A stretch of DNA of 64,000 nt from Balanoglossus misakiensis (Eukaryota > Animalia > Hemichordata). Positions 42,156-56,735 of the stretch are shown here, piece after piece. Where the stretch lies: positions 982,690-1,046,689 of the forward strand of contig CM082589.2 of NCBI GenBank assembly GCA_040954595.2, given 5' to 3'. The notes below the pieces were generated by a model, which was given only the letters and a program-made list of their open reading frames with translations, was not told where the DNA came from and did not search any database. The translations under genes were made by a program, and so were the position numbers. Within the stretch, counting starts at the first letter, position 1, and every line of letters starts with the position of its first letter.

Positions 42156-45100
42156 AAATTTGTTACCTGTGGTTGAGTGTAACAGTTTTTCAGATATTTT
42201 CTTGTTAGTGATAATGACAGATTTCACTATCAGGTATGGTGTATCCGTGGATCATATCGCCAAGGTGACAAGAACCTTTTCTTGCATGACAAGTGTCTCA
42301 TTGAGAACACACGCCTGACGGTTCTTGTATGTGTTGATTAGATAGGGACTTGTTTGTGCAGAGTACGTTGTACAAGTGTGTTTTCGTGTAGTCTAGTATC
42401 TAGCTAACAAATCAGACAATGCTAGATGCTAGACTTAGTCTTCGTGAGGATCATTGTGTGTTGTGAAATTCCAGCATGTTTAGTAAGAGTACTGTAGTTC
42501 ATGTATGGTGTAGTTACCTGAGGGCCATTATATACTCATCTGAGTACCAGTGTATAAGGAGAACTGCTGCATGTATCTGATTAGTATTAGTCTCAAGGAA
42601 AGTCTGCTGGTTCCCCGATCCAATACTGCCCCTCCTGAGGCTGTTGCTGTGTTAACAAATAGGTTCTTTGGTATGCAGCAGCCATTTCGTCGAGATTCTG
42701 GGCAAAACGGCCATGCATGATGCCAAATTCTAGACAATTAATACCATACATTTCTAGTTTTGTTTTGTTTTATTTTATTTTATACAGTTGAAATGTGTTC
42801 TCTGTAGTTTTAAATGGTGGATAATCTCTCACAAGAAATATTTATTTACGAATCGGAATGCTTGGAATGGTGCTTTCCCAGACCCTGTTCTTGAAAACAG
42901 AGTAGTTCAAAGACCCAGACTATATCTGTTTTAAAGAGAGGATTATGGGATATGTGTGTACTTGACCGAATGATGTGTTTGTGTGAGGAACATATAAGGT
43001 TAAAACTTGTACTCCCAAAATTACATGGTGTTTCTGAACAGTCCATGACACAATCCCAAGACTTGTGTCTGAGAGCCAGTTGAGTCTTGTTTGGTGATCC
43101 ATGTTTTCCCAGACGTCATGTTAAGACAATTGTCCATTCACATGTTCCATGATGTGTTTTAGAGATAACATGTACAGCTGTGGATCCTTTCTGCTTGTAG
43201 AAACCAAGTACAGAGTGTCTTACCAGTGTCTGGTCAAGTACCACTTTGCGCATCTGGGCATGTGTGTAAACTATCAAGTGGTGTCAGTAACTGAATGTCA
43301 TATTTGAATAAAAAGCAACTCAATTTTAATTTTTTAATTAAAAGAAAATAGGGATAGATTTAAAAACTGCTACTTTTGTGCCATCAGTTCTCTGGTGAGA
43401 TTCTGTGAAATCTGATGAATAAATACAGTGTGTGGTTCAGACTACCCAATGGTATGCCTCCAAAGAACATCCTCCACAAGCCGCATACAGACAGTTCGTT
43501 ATAAATTTCACTATCTCCAGTAGCTTTAGCACATCAATTGGTTTTCTGCCGTAGAATTGAGCCGTTGGCTTTAAGCGAGATATTGAGTTCTGTTTCATGC
43601 ATGGCATTCTTGACTAAACTAATTAAATTTTCAATTACCTGGGAGCGGTGTATACCATCCCTTGCATCCTAAGTCAACTATTTCCTCCCAGTTACTGTTT
43701 TAAGTGAAATGACCTAGCTAAACTCAACACATAAATACATATCCTGACTTCAAAACCTGAGTCTTGATTTTATCATTCTCGCCAGTGTTGCAAAAATGAC
43801 TATAAAATATTTCTAAACACATTTCTCCAATGAAATTCTATTCCGCACAGAGTTCCGACATCCATATACACAATTATTAATCACTCAAACTTGTCAAATT
43901 ATGTAATCCATTTTCCTAATTAATTCTGTTTAAAATGCATTCTTCTGAAGAACCTGGAGTTTGACATTTAACATCCAAAATCCAACACGTCGTATCCATC
44001 AATTTATCACTTTTTATCCTGTGGCGCCTTGGTTGGAAGGGAAAAATTCTTCTTGCCGCCGTTGGATTTTACAAATGAAGTTTTATCTCATCAAAGAATG
44101 AGTGAATTATTGTTGAATTACTGGAGAATGGTTTTGATTCTATCAACGACTTGACAATTGTGTAATGAGTGGGAATCAAGACTCTTGGTATTGTGACGCC
44201 AGTCTCAACACTTCAAGTCAATACCCTCGGACGAGACCTCCGAGACATCTTAGATCCGTGGATTGTTTTGCTAAATTTTATGATTTTCAAAGTTTACTCT
44301 GTATAGCAACCAGAGCCCCAGATTCTCCAGCTTATGTTTTGAGCTATGGGATTGGCATTACCTCTTACCTCCATTTTATCTATTTTTGTAACAAAGACAT
44401 TATGAGATATTGCTTTATATTTTTATTCGTACTTTACTGGAGACAGAACACAGTAAAACATCATTATTTTTGTATTTGCTCCACAGTAACCACGGCAACT
44501 AATACCTTTTGCATTAGGTTGTAATTTCCTAATCTTTTAATAAGGAAAGTACCATCTATATGACTGGTTATTTATGAGCTGTTGTTGCCATGACAATATT
44601 TTACCGGGTAGATAGCTGGTTTAGAATGTATTGCATTAAAAAACGGAGTCACCATTCCTGCGTTGACTTCTTCTGTTAACACTTTGATGACATAATGCAT
44701 TTTTTTTTTTCAGGAGACATTAATATTAGCAAGGCAGCTATACACTCAGCAATTGATCGCTTTTAGTTCTTATGAATTTGAAAAGATATGGGCTTTAAAA
44801 CCCAAGTCTGTGTGACTACTCAAACAGACTACTTGTTAAAAGGATTAATTGTGAGTCTCTAATAATCTAAATTTCTTGAATGGTCCTTTGAAATTATCCA
44901 ATATGTGCGAAGATTGACATACACGGTATACATCTCAATCCACCCACATTCAAATGAAAGCAGTTTTCCATCATTGGGGTATATATAACTTCACAGCAGG
45001 GCCGAGACTTGTGAGTGTGTTCCTGTCTGACTCTCAAGTCAAATATATTAAATAATTTGTTACATCTCGAAAATATGCACTGTGGATATAAATAAAGATG

Positions 45101-45708
45101 TGCTTACCTACCCCGTTTGAAAAATACATCGCATTGAAGTAAGAATTTCTCTATTTAAAAATTTAGTTGATCCTTGAAAGCTCACCATAGGTGAGATTGT
45201 GGGTTTGAATTTTATTTGCTTAGCTGTGTGTAAACAGCTGAGTTTTTCACAGGCTACATCTTCCTTGCTTAAAATTAAAATATTCATAATTGCTTTTAAG
45301 AATTTCAACTTCCAAATGATTATTATTTGTAATGATGAAGAGACTGAGAAAGTCAGAGTGAAAACTTGATAAACTTTTATTTCAGGAAATTTTGCTGTAA
45401 ATTTAAGTGATATTAATATTAGCTCAGGTGGCCACCCAACGAGGGCAGTTGTAGATTGATTTGAAGTGACATCTGACAGAAGAGAGAGTTAGAGTTTAAA
45501 TGCCTCACTTAAGTGATTGTAAAGATGACTTATAGCTACCACTACCCCCATCATATCAGTGCGTTTATAGTGATCGGCTAATTGAACGCAATTATTGCTG
45601 CGTCATTGTCTGACCATCTGAAAGCACTAATTGCAGTTATTACGAATGTCAAAGATACTCGTCTTTTCTCGGTGCCTCCCATCTTCTAGATCTGATTTCG
45701 TGTCGCAA

Positions 45709-45944
45709 TTAACGGTACTACGCACGTCGGGGACAGATTTCAGCAAAATTATAGTCCCCTTAACCTTTCATTTCTTTTCTATATTAAAGTGTGTGAGTAG
45801 TCTTTCTGAAATCAAAGAAAGAAAGCATGGTGTTCACTGTCTTGTTTCATAAAAATCACTACATGTATTTTAAATTTTCACCATCTACACAGAGATGGCG
45901 GCCATTTTGAATTTCAAATTTTGCCGTCTTAATTACTACCTTAA
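45709..45944. mobile_element. Degenerate TTAA-bounded non-autonomous DNA transposon (Kolobok/piggyBac-like ends)
   Basis: Left TTAAcGGTAcTA versus right reverse complement TTAAGGTAGTA; internal GATGGCGGCCATTTTGAATTTCAAA motif of the kind common in invertebrate interspersed repeats. Superfamily is inferred from the ends only. Confidence 0.5.
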
Positions 45945-48900
45945 ACACTCTTTTGTCTGCTTCCCTGATAAGACATGGTTCAGACAACCACAATATAGTA
46001 CCATCTATCCATGCACGTTCTTCCCATACTTATTTCCCTGTATAAAAGCACATGTAATTACAACATCCAGTCTCGCAAAACACAATTACATCAAGAATCA
46101 AAAAAGCGAGGCCCGGTCTTTACATTCAAGGCCAGAAAAAAATCCATACAATACAAGCAGATCTGTGACAATGTATTGATTCAGTTTAATAACCCTATTT
46201 TACTATTTTACATTTTTATCCTCAAAAGTAATTTAGCAAAATTTCCATTAAAATACTGAGTCCATTATTTGCAACTCACAATCTTGCCAATTACGTTGTT
46301 TATGATACCGTTGAAAAGCTGTTTATTGTCTCAACCAGTCTTAAGCTTAATATAACTTTCTGCCTGTAGGCATTGATTTATGTATTTCGACTCGTATATT
46401 GCCTTTTCTTAGAAATAACAGGATATTGATTCGTTGCTTTTTGAAATGGAAAAAAAAGGATATTGGGAAATGGATCTGGGTTTGAAACTGAGTGAAGTTC
46501 AATAGTAAATGCTACACGAAGTTGCGCTTAAAAGCGTTCAATAATCCGTAATTGAAGTTGCTGGTGTATTTGCTAAAGTAATCACGGCTAGCTGTAATTT
46601 AGATTACAGTGCTGATGGTAAGCTAATATTATTGTGTTTCACATCCATACTGTGTGTGTATGTGTACATACCTGGGTGTATGTATGTGTGTGCTTGTGTT
46701 CATACGCATTACACCATTTATACGTATTTGATCGTATATAAATCATTTATTATCTAGCTGTCATGTGTGACAGCTATATTATGACAAAGACATATTACCC
46801 AAAAATGAAATAAAATGAAAGTAAATTGAACCAGTGTGTGTGGTCATCAAAGTTCCTATATTTAGTGACCTTAGCAAAAGTGTACAGGTAGTTCCCTTTT
46901 CTGTGCTATGCATCAAAACTTGGTGCGAATTTGCACATAGTAAATGAAGCATGACCCTCTCCCTGTTTCTTAATTAAGAGATTTCGTTCACCATGCGCAT
47001 GTTTTAATTATCCATAGTCCCTTTGCTCAACAAGCTGCAAGTTTTGTCATGCAGGAAATTGTCAGTCCGGACTTGGAGATACACTGCGTGAATTCCACTA
47101 CAGATTTATCTTGTGGCGACCTTTCTTAAAAGGTCATACTCCACTTTAACCTCCCAGAGTTGACGTCAACTATTGTTATGAATCGATTGTGTTCTGTTAT
47201 GATTGACTCTGTTCTGTTATGCAGTTGCCTAGAGCAAAAATACTCTGAAGAACCTTCTGATGTAAAAATGTACGTTGTTGAATTCACCAATGATGACTGC
47301 AGTCTGTGTTGTCTATTTTGTCTTCACTTTTCGTATCTTCTGATCAATTTGCTGTCTATTACCCCTCGGCAGAGTTCTTATTATCTGGTCCCCTCTTTGC
47401 TTCTGATAATTGTGTGGCATCTATGAGCTGCAGGCATCAAAGGAGCCTGGTTTGTGATTGAAGTCACTTTTTTCCGTCTCTCTCTCTCCGCAAAGTCTGG
47501 TTTCCTCACGAAAAGGGGCAAGCAAAGGCATGTCATTGATCAAAGTATCAAGCGTTCTGATTGGTGAATACATATACCTATTGCAAATTTCAGACATTCA
47601 TGGAATCATTTTTCAACAATTTCATATGTCATGCGTGTTACTAGGATAATTCCAATCTTTGGAAAGTCGTGATATCTGGATCACATCAGTTGTACCGAGA
47701 AAAATGCTGACTTTTTAATATGGCTCATTAAATTCTTGCTGTCGTCAGTTGAATACAATTTTATTACCAGTCTCCCTTAATACCTTTCATATGGTTTTTA
47801 TACCAAATAAGATCATACATGTGCCACGAGCGTCAGCAAATATATAGTGTTTTGGTTAAAACAAATATAGTTCTACATTTCATGGAATGTACATTTCCAA
47901 ATGTAAACATAATTGCCCAGCAACTGTTACATAAAATGGCTATATCTTTATATGAATGTATATGAATGCTGTCCATTTGTAAAATTTTCTGTTCACAAAT
48001 TACAGAGCTGAAACTCTTTGAATTGCAATAGTCTGTGTATAAAAACACTCGTTGAAATGAAATGAAAGGTGTAATGAATGATAAATGAAGTCGAAATACA
48101 AATTATGATAGATGGAAGGAAATGCGTCGAATTTAGCACTGTAGCACCGCCTGATGTCTTTGCCCTGTCAGTCACAATGGAAACAGCGGAATTAAGCCAT
48201 GCTCTTCCAAGAGATTAGATAGCAAAAATGTCTGTATCTATTACTTGCAGTGTCATTTAACTGAACGCATCTGCAACAGAATGTCTTTCTATGTCTCAAT
48301 CCATCTGTCATCCTTGTGACACTGGCTATTCAAGAGTACGCTGCCTCATGCCTGCCGTCGTAAACCGATAAATGATTTCCAATTTTAGGTGAGTCGCAGA
48401 TAATGAATTGCTCAGCGCTCCTGTCAAAGTCTTCCTCTTGTGTTTTCTGACACAGCACATTTGGGTGAGACTTCGGTCGGTGATGTGCCTAATTCGTGTT
48501 CAGCGTAGAGTATCCTCTTCGTACGGACAGTACATATCAGCAGACTTTAATACAAAACTTTTTCCAACACAAATTATCCACATGTAAATTCACGGACTGA
48601 TTAGAAAAGCCAGGAAGAAAACAGAAAGATGCATTTAGCATTAAAAGTTTCCGCAGGAAACACAACCTCCAAAGCATGCAGACATACAGGAAAACACCAT
48701 TGAAGCATTTCGCACACGTTAAAAATTTTATTTTGTGAGCTCATGTAAATTATTAATTAAAAAGGAAATGTTTTATTAAGAACATATGGAAAATTTTAGT
48801 GTACAGTCACAAAATATTAAGTAGTACGGGTAGGGATGATGGAAATAAGAATGTGTAATGTGTTTCTCATGTACATGTATAGTAAACTGAATATTGATAA

Positions 48901-51900
48901 TGGCTGACATAACTGTTAGATGGCTTTGATAAATAGTGTTGTGATAGGCAGTTTTTGAAGTCGTGGGCTTACATCCTTGGTTAATTGAAGACAAAACTAA
49001 TCTAGTTTGCAATGAAAGTGGTGATTCAATCATAGTGGCGGAGATAATAAAATCAATTTTTGTCATCTCAGATTTATCGAAAGTCCAATAAATCTGAATA
49101 GATAACCAGGGAGAGGTACTCTATGGGTTTCTATTGTTAACATCTTTTCTGATTGTAGTTTGATAAAAGATTGCTCTTTTGGACAGTGAAGTTGAACCAT
49201 CCTCGCATTGATTGAGTGTGATTGCCTGGGTTTCATTCAAAAAACTTCAACAAAAGCAGATTTACAGCGCATCTAGCTTGCATAATGAAATATTATGCCC
49301 CAGGCACAGGTATATTTCAATGTTACCATGAAAATCTCTTTGAGAATGATTTAAGACTTGCCCTTGATAAAGTCCAGTGCCTTCCAGCAATGAGAAGTTG
49401 AAATATTGCCAGGTACACTAATAAAATACATGGAAACAGTGCAGTTCATGCAATTTGTATTTTAAGGAGAATTACTGAGAAAAACCTACAAATTAAATGC
49501 AAAGACTTTACAGGTTTGAAGCACAGATTTCAGAGTTGGTGAATATTCCCTTGTTTTACATCGTTACTTTTCATGCTTACAAAATGGTGGAGAGGTTGTA
49601 GATCAAATACAGAGTTCATTATGGACCTTGTAAACGAGTACCATGGGTGTTTGGTAAACGCCAAAAATTTGTTGCTATTACATCGGCACATCTTTGTAAA
49701 AATTTATGTGTCCATGCTTTGAAGTCCTTGGGTTGTAGTATCTTTTTATTGCATTTGTAAAATGGCAGCAAAGTCTCAACGTTTCCTGCTTGTCTTCCAT
49801 CAAAAGCCACAAATTACGTTTATGAATATGTATATGAATATATGACATAACAGATGTGACGTTCAAGCACTGACGTTTGACCTATTGCTTGGTCGGTGGT
49901 AGCCTCATGCAGGGATAAGAGTACAGGTGTGAATAACACATTTCAATGCTACACTGGTTTGTCAGTGGTAAGATGTTGATCTGAGCACGTACTAAACATC
50001 TAAATTATCCCGACAACCACAGACTAATTCCTCTTGCGTAATCTTTCGTCGAGCAGATGTCGTTTCTACAAAAACAATTGGTATTGTCGTTATGCTACAA
50101 AGTGCTGTGTGGGGCACGCGAGTCTAGATTTGTAGAAACTAGGCAAATTGTTTGTTCATATGAGAGCCACTGTGAATGATAATGCAGTACACTGAAAAAC
50201 AGACACTATTAAACCCATGGCTTAAGTGCACATCTTGTGCATGTATGTTTTGAGTCGAATAAAGTCAGCATACACTGTGAAAAGTGCAGCTCACTGATGT
50301 TGCTTGTAACGCATTCAGAAAAGAAGCTGAATGTTCCCAGCCTGTCCCTCCCATCAGAAATTGAATCATGGTTGGTTTTACAACAGGTTTGTCAGTATCA
50401 GAAGTAGTATAATGTTTTCTTGATAGCTTTTATCACGGTGATCATAAATTGAATTGATGTGATGCTTGCGTGATAATGGAACTTTTCAATGACTCACAGT
50501 TTTGACGGAAAAGAATTGATGCTTGCAGCCTTTCTTTCGTCAGAAATTAATTGCAGGTGGTATAAATGATATGCTGATGAACAAAACTTAGAGGACATTC
50601 CTGAAACGCTACGATTCAACACCCCAGTATACCATTGTATGTCTTTCATATAAACCTGAACAGCCTTTCTATAGCTGTGAAATTTTTAATCCAATGAAAC
50701 AGGATGTTTTCAAAAAATTCTTATCAGGGAATTTGCTGTATGAATAACCAAGACAATGAAAATGGGGTCTTTAACAGCACGCACATCTATAACATGTTTT
50801 TGCCGCAGGCTTTTCACTATTCATGGGTGTTAGAAGACATTAGTGATGAAATCAAGTTTCAGATGCGAAAGTTGAGTCAGGGAAAGCTCGGAGGTGTGGT
50901 TCTGACATCAAGTTTTGACTTCAATTCATGATTGACGCGGTGATGGTAACAAGACACTCTATTTCCGTTTTCTTGTGGAAACTGAAGAACTAATATTGCC
51001 AAGCTTTTGAGTATCTGCCCAGACCTTGAAATGATTGAAGACAGTTGATGTTTGTTCCTGTGAATCAGTCGCTATTTGTCTGTCGTTGAGAAAGTACAGG
51101 CACATGGAAACTGGTGCACCTGTTTGCTTGAAGCTAGCTGAAGTCATTACAGAAATTCTACTTATATCTCACAGCAGTGTTGAATACAAAGTGAGATTTT
51201 GGTTTGATGGGGGGGGGGAGTTCACAAAATGAGATTTGGTGTGAGTGATATATTGAGAACATTTATCGCAATGAAGAGGGGTCTGTATAGACATGTGTGC
51301 TGCATGATAAAATTCATCGTTAACGTCACCACAGTTAGGTTGGAAGGTTCGCTTGTGGCTAAAAACATGAAATCAAGCCTCGCTTAATTGGATTACCTTG
51401 TGATCATAGTGTTTTCCGATGATTTGTGACCACACACTCTGTGGGAACTGTCACATGGCCACATCCAAGTAATTAAGAAAGTAATTTGCCGTGCTTGGAT
51501 TCAGGAAAACTGTTATGCATGATAAAATACCGGTATAGTGGTTTTAGTCTACCTGTTTTTATGATAATGTCAAATTAGAAAACTTAATATGAAAGCTAAT
51601 ACAAAAATACTCGTGGGAAGCTGAGTGGATGGGTGTGGTCGTGGGAGGATGTGTGCATTAATTCCCCCATAATTAAACTGCAATATATCTATATAGCACA
51701 CAGGAGGTTATTTTACCAAATTGTACGCTATAATACCGTGACACTTTAGTAATCACAAGTTTATCATCAAGCAGTTGATTAAGAATGCATTCAGATTAAC
51801 ACAAGATAATGAGTTAATTTGTCACGGTAGATAGATGCTCAGCCGCCAGTGTTTATTCATTGCATGGCCAGCCTTGATTAAAAAATAAAACCATGAAGAA

Positions 51901-54900
51901 ACTGCTGACTTGTAGAAAATAATGGGTCTTCACAATTTCCACTCTCTGCATGGATGCATTTAATTTCGACAGGATCGATTTCAGCGACATATGCACTATC
52001 ACAAATACAAACAAAACGAACAGATGCAGTAAAAGTAATTTGTTACCCTTAAGATTTGTTTTAGTATCATTACACCTGAAATATAAATTCATAATTAGGT
52101 TTAACACTTTAAATGTGAAATGCAAATAGCAACTCCATTAAGGTCCTCATTCTGTGTTTGTGAAGTAAGGTTTTGGAGTAACAACTGTAAACACTGCGAC
52201 TGTTATTTCAGTAATATTATAAGATTAAAAGTGAATAACACTCAAAACATATTAACTAGGTGTGAGTAAAGCAGAATGTGCTTCCCAGCCGATCATTCAA
52301 TTTAACATTCGGTGAAAGTGACTCTCGTGTCTGGAAACTGCATTGAAAATTTTCCCAGCCTCTAGCATCTTTGCTTTGATTTTTTAGAATGAAAGGGTTT
52401 GCGTACCCAGACGTCTGTACCTCTGGCAAACTGTACATTTTTTCTCTCAGTCGCAAATCGTATATGTCAATTGTACAGAAACATAATGGTTACTTTTCAT
52501 TTAAAACTAACAAAATTAAAATCACATGATGATAAAAAAATGACTTTTCCATACTGTGAATACCTTTCTGTATTGATTATTCTGTGTTTGCGGCTGTCTC
52601 AAGTTTTATATGGTGAAGAACATCGACACAATTGTTGTATTGATTTTCAGACCATTAGCATTGGCTAGTAACATCGGTGTATTGCATTGTAATCACTGTG
52701 TGTGAGTCTTAAGATGAAAGCGTTGTTTGCAAATGTAGCATTTGCATTCATGTATGTGAGAAGTGTTTAGAAAAGACTCCATTGCTATTTTATCTTTTCA
52801 AAGCCTGTTGGAATTCATCAGAACCATCAGAACTGATGTGACATCCAGAAACAGGCAGTGAATCTAATTTCAAAACTGTGAAAATATAATGATGTTTATA
52901 GCAGTACATAAAAATAGTTTTTAAAGCTGGATTCCAACAAATAGTGGTTATAAGCTCTTCAAAATTAGGTAGAGTGACATAACAAATATTGTTGTTATCT
53001 AGCATGGGGTATGTTTCTTATCAGAGAGACTTGTTTGAAGTTAGTTCAACAAGTAATGAATTAGAATGACTTGGTCATATAATATTTAGTTGCCTCATTT
53101 TCCCCTACATGTCTGTCATTGTTGAGAGCATTAACTTTTTACAAGAAACTCATAACAAATGCAATGGTAGTTTTGTAATTTAGAATTCTTCAAATTCTGA
53201 TTAGATTAATAATTGGCAAACTATCTAAAGTACAGTTTCATCATGAAAGTTTTGCCTTGGTACTGATAAGCCATTGTGTTATTAAGCAGAATTAATTCAA
53301 ATAATTTCCCCAAAACTAAAAAGATCTGAAAAAGGACACAAGATAACAAAAAGAGCTAACAGAAGGACACTAGATAGACCCCATGTTCCGTTAAAACCAG
53401 ACTGCTGTTAATAGCCTATAGTCTTGCAAATATCACAGAAGCCATTGACGAGCCTTGTGACACTAATTGTCTAACGGCATCAGAGAAGGCCCAGAATAAA
53501 ACTGCTTAGCTGTGTCATCGAGTGAGGATAAAAATCAGCTGGGAATTATCCAGTGGAGACGACTGAAGTATCTGAGTGAACGCAGAGAGCCATATATAAA
53601 CTACCTTGCTGTATATCACAACGAGAATTGTTGTTGCTATGGTGAAGTTGATAGGCTGACACTCTAGGCGGCATAAACACTCCCCGGATTGAACTGCAGG
53701 AGACTTGGGAGACCTTCCTTGATGGAAGTGCCGTTTTATTTGAAATCTTTTACCCCACAATAATAGTAATTGATTTCTGTGTGTTTATTCAGTGGCAAAT
53801 AATGCATAGTGATACGCGGTCATTCCAGAATCTCTGGGACTCCTTGTCCACAGGTGAATTTTATTCCACATTTGATTTCAGTCAGTGGCAAAATCAATAC
53901 AACCTCTAATCAAATTCTCTCTGACAGCAGAAAATGCAATCTTTGTAAAAACAGATGTGGCCTGTCTATTGTCCTATACAACCATCAGGAAGCCTTGAAC
54001 TTGAGAGTGATAGAAATCGTGGACTTTCACCAAAGAATTTAGGCAATTAAAAAAATTGTGTTTACACCGTGGTGTATACTGTAATCACTGCTTGATGCAT
54101 AGTATGTAAAATGATGTACACAGAAAGTGACAGACTCTTGATTGGAAAGTTATTTCAATATTAGCCATGTCTACATTCCAGCTTAATTGTGTTTTCGTCC
54201 ACGAGTTCATATCCACAATGCAAAACTGATTAGAAAGAAACCTTTCCTTCATGGAAAAGGAAATTATCGTCACTGAATTAAGCAACACACACACACAAAT
54301 AATTGCTGCAGATTTTTGTTCCAGTGTCAGTACACTCTGCCATGGTGAAGCTTAACAAGTTTGGGCAAGTTTGTTAGCATAGTGAACAATATCTGTGGCA
54401 ATCCAGTCATATGGCTCGGAAATTAAATTTTGGACAGACCTTTGTATAGTGTAAACAGTAACTATTTTGTATCACACAGCGTATTTTGTTATCTGTAATA
54501 TCAGCAGTGATAGAAACACTTTCAAAAAAACATGATGCTATCTGATAAATCACACTTGGTATGTCGTGTTCAGATAAACTTCAATGATAAATTCCTATGA
54601 TATCATTTGATATAGCTGCGTATACGTATACGTTGTTGATTCAAATCCCACGTCTTTCTGCACGCAGTCATATTAAGTGCAGCGTAAGTTCATGTCCTGC
54701 CTTGGTTTTCACAAAGCATGCATTGAAGTTCAAATGTCCTCAAGGAGTTGACGATTTGGTACATTTATGGGGTGTTTAGTTGACAAGCAAACCTGTAAGT
54801 TTTGACGAGTCAAAAAATCTCACTGAACATTCTCTGAAATTGACAAACAATCAATTATCTTAAGTATGAAGGATCCATGACAAGCCCTGACGTAGATAAC

Positions 54901-55122
54901 CTTTATGACTCAATAATAATATTGATGCATTTAATAATACAAATCAAGCTAGATTTCTATCTTCTTTCGAAAAGACTAGATCTAAAATTATTTTGCTTGG
55001 TCAGTAAACTTCAACGTTTACTCTGTTGGAGTGATTGTTTATTGAGGATCTAAAAAAACACACACAAGGGGAATCGAATAATTTTATCAAAAGAAAATTT
55101 CTAGATAATGGCTACAAGTGTG

Positions 55123-56268
55123 CTAATATCGATGCCGACAATATTGACACTTGAGGATTTTGTGGAAGGCATTTTTGAATTCCTTATTGAAGACAGTGTA
55201 AATGATTGGATTAAGGAGGGAATTGACGTAACCCAGCCAGTTGATGCAACTTCTGAGTGGGGCTGGAACGTTGCAGTTTTCTTTACAAAACGGGAGAACA
55301 AAAGCAACAATAAAGAAAGGTAACCAGCAAACAACAAATGCACCAGTGACAATACCTAGAGTTTTTGCGGCTTTACGTTCGCGAACCTCAGCCAGATGCC
55401 TTTTCGAGAGCTCTAGTGTTCTGATGGGGCTGGGCACCGTCTGATGATGATGGTTGCCGGGGGAACCATTTCCAATTACTGTAGTCACTGTTGTTGTCAC
55501 TGTGGCACAGTCCGTTGCATATTTCGACTTTTGTAGCGCCTTCCCACGGATGCGGAATTTGGCAACTTGATAAATCCTCCAGTAGATGATCAACATGACA
55601 ACCATCGGGATGTAGAAAGCCCCAAATGTCGAGAAGACGGTGTATCCCAAATCCTGGCTAATTCCGCAAGCATACGGATCTGCTGTATCGTCTGGAGTGC
55701 GCCAACCAAACAATGGTGCAATAGAAATTATCGCTGATATCAGCCACGCCAGAGCAATCATCAAGATCATCCTCCTTGGAGTTCTTTTCGTTGTGTACTG
55801 AACATGCTTGGTGATCGACCAGTACCTGTCCAGCGCAATAACACATAAGTTTAAAATGCTGGCCGTGCACAGGAGAACATCCATGGAAATGAAAAAATCA
55901 CAAACTTCTTGACCCCATATCCAGATTTCTGTCACTTCTAAGACGGCTACCAACGGCATGACAACAGTCGAGACCAAGAGATCAGCAACAGCCAAAGATA
56001 CTATCAAATAGTTCGGGACTGTCTGCAAAGTACGTTCCAACAAAATCGCAATCAGCACCAGGCAGTTTCCAAAGATTGAACTCAAGATGATCAAACTTAA
56101 CAGTGTCACCAAAATTATTTTCTGCACTGTGATCTCGATGACAATATCTTCCCCAGTGTTGTTACCCTGTGTGTTGTTAAAGAGAAGTGAGATCACCATT
56201 CTGTCAGAGTAGTTCTCCATTCTCCCAGTCACCGTCGTCGTCTGATTCCAATGCACAGGTTCTTTCAT
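55123..56268 (-). CDS. HTR1: 5-hydroxytryptamine receptor, 5-HT1 type (class A GPCR), uninterrupted CDS, 381 aa
   Basis: Seven hydrophobic segments. GNCLV (TM1), SLAVADL (TM2), DVLLCTASILNLCVIALDRYW (TM3), CGISQDLGYTVFSTFGAFYIP (ECL2/TM5, 5-HT1 signature), RERKAAKTLGI, CWLPFF, INWLGYVNSLLNPIIY. Short C-tail; four N-terminal N-glycosylation sequons. Confidence 0.93.
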   Translation of the reverse strand: MKEPVHWNQTTTVTGRMENYSDRMVISLLFNNTQGNNTGEDIVIEITVQKIILVTLLSLIILSSIFGNCLVLIAILLERTLQTVPNYLIVSLAVADLLVSTVVMPLVAVLEVTEIWIWGQEVCDFFISMDVLLCTASILNLCVIALDRYWSITKHVQYTTKRTPRRMILMIALAWLISAIISIAPLFGWRTPDDTADPYACGISQDLGYTVFSTFGAFYIPMVVMLIIYWRIYQVAKFRIRGKALQKSKYATDCATVTTTVTTVIGNGSPGNHHHQTVPSPIRTLELSKRHLAEVRERKAAKTLGIVTGAFVVCWLPFFIVAFVLPFCKENCNVPAPLRSCINWLGYVNSLLNPIIYTVFNKEFKNAFHKILKCQYCRHRY

Positions 56269-56704
56269 CTCACAGTACTCCAGAAAAAATGATGCAAATG
56301 TTATGCAGCAGCGTCAGCCTAACACCAACATAAATACAACCCCCTCATTATAATATTCACATTATCTAACTCGACTTTCCATTTCAAGCCAACCAATGGG
56401 ATGCGGTCGCCATAACTACATAGACACACTCCCTAAGCTAGTAGCAAATGCTACACATTATCAACAACCTCCTAAGTTGATCTTCTCAAGTGCATTGTCA
56501 CAGAATACTCCTTAATCGTAATGGCCGTAACCTTGGACTTCCCCAAAATCGAACTTGGGATTGAACTTAAACATGCACTAAGGTTAATTCAGCCATTATG
56601 CAAATCAAAGCACTGTACTGAACCCTCTCAAAACAGCTGAGGTGATATTAAAAAAGCTCCATCCAATTCAACGTAAATCACATGGGAAAGCCCGCAGGTA
56701 CCAG

Positions 56705-56735
56705 CTGTGAAAAAATTACAAAGGGGAAAAAAATA
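56705..56735 (-). other. Probable splice acceptor for the receptor's 5'-UTR/coding exon
   Basis: Minus strand reads T-rich tract, CCCCTTTGTAATTTTTTCACAG|CTGG, 436 nt upstream of the ATG. Confidence 0.45.

Noticed and set aside
48498-48532. Possible REST/NRSE half-sites (TTCAGC...CGGACAG)
   Set aside because: Poor left half-site and spacing far from canonical.
35500-55000. Many 60-120 aa ORFs as candidate LG4-5 exons or new genes
   Set aside because: None shows laminin G or other recognisable motifs; consistent with chance ORFs in AT-rich DNA. A small exon could have been missed by eye.
55101-55870. Short ORFs overlapping the receptor
   Set aside because: Alternative-frame and antisense shadows of the GPCR CDS.
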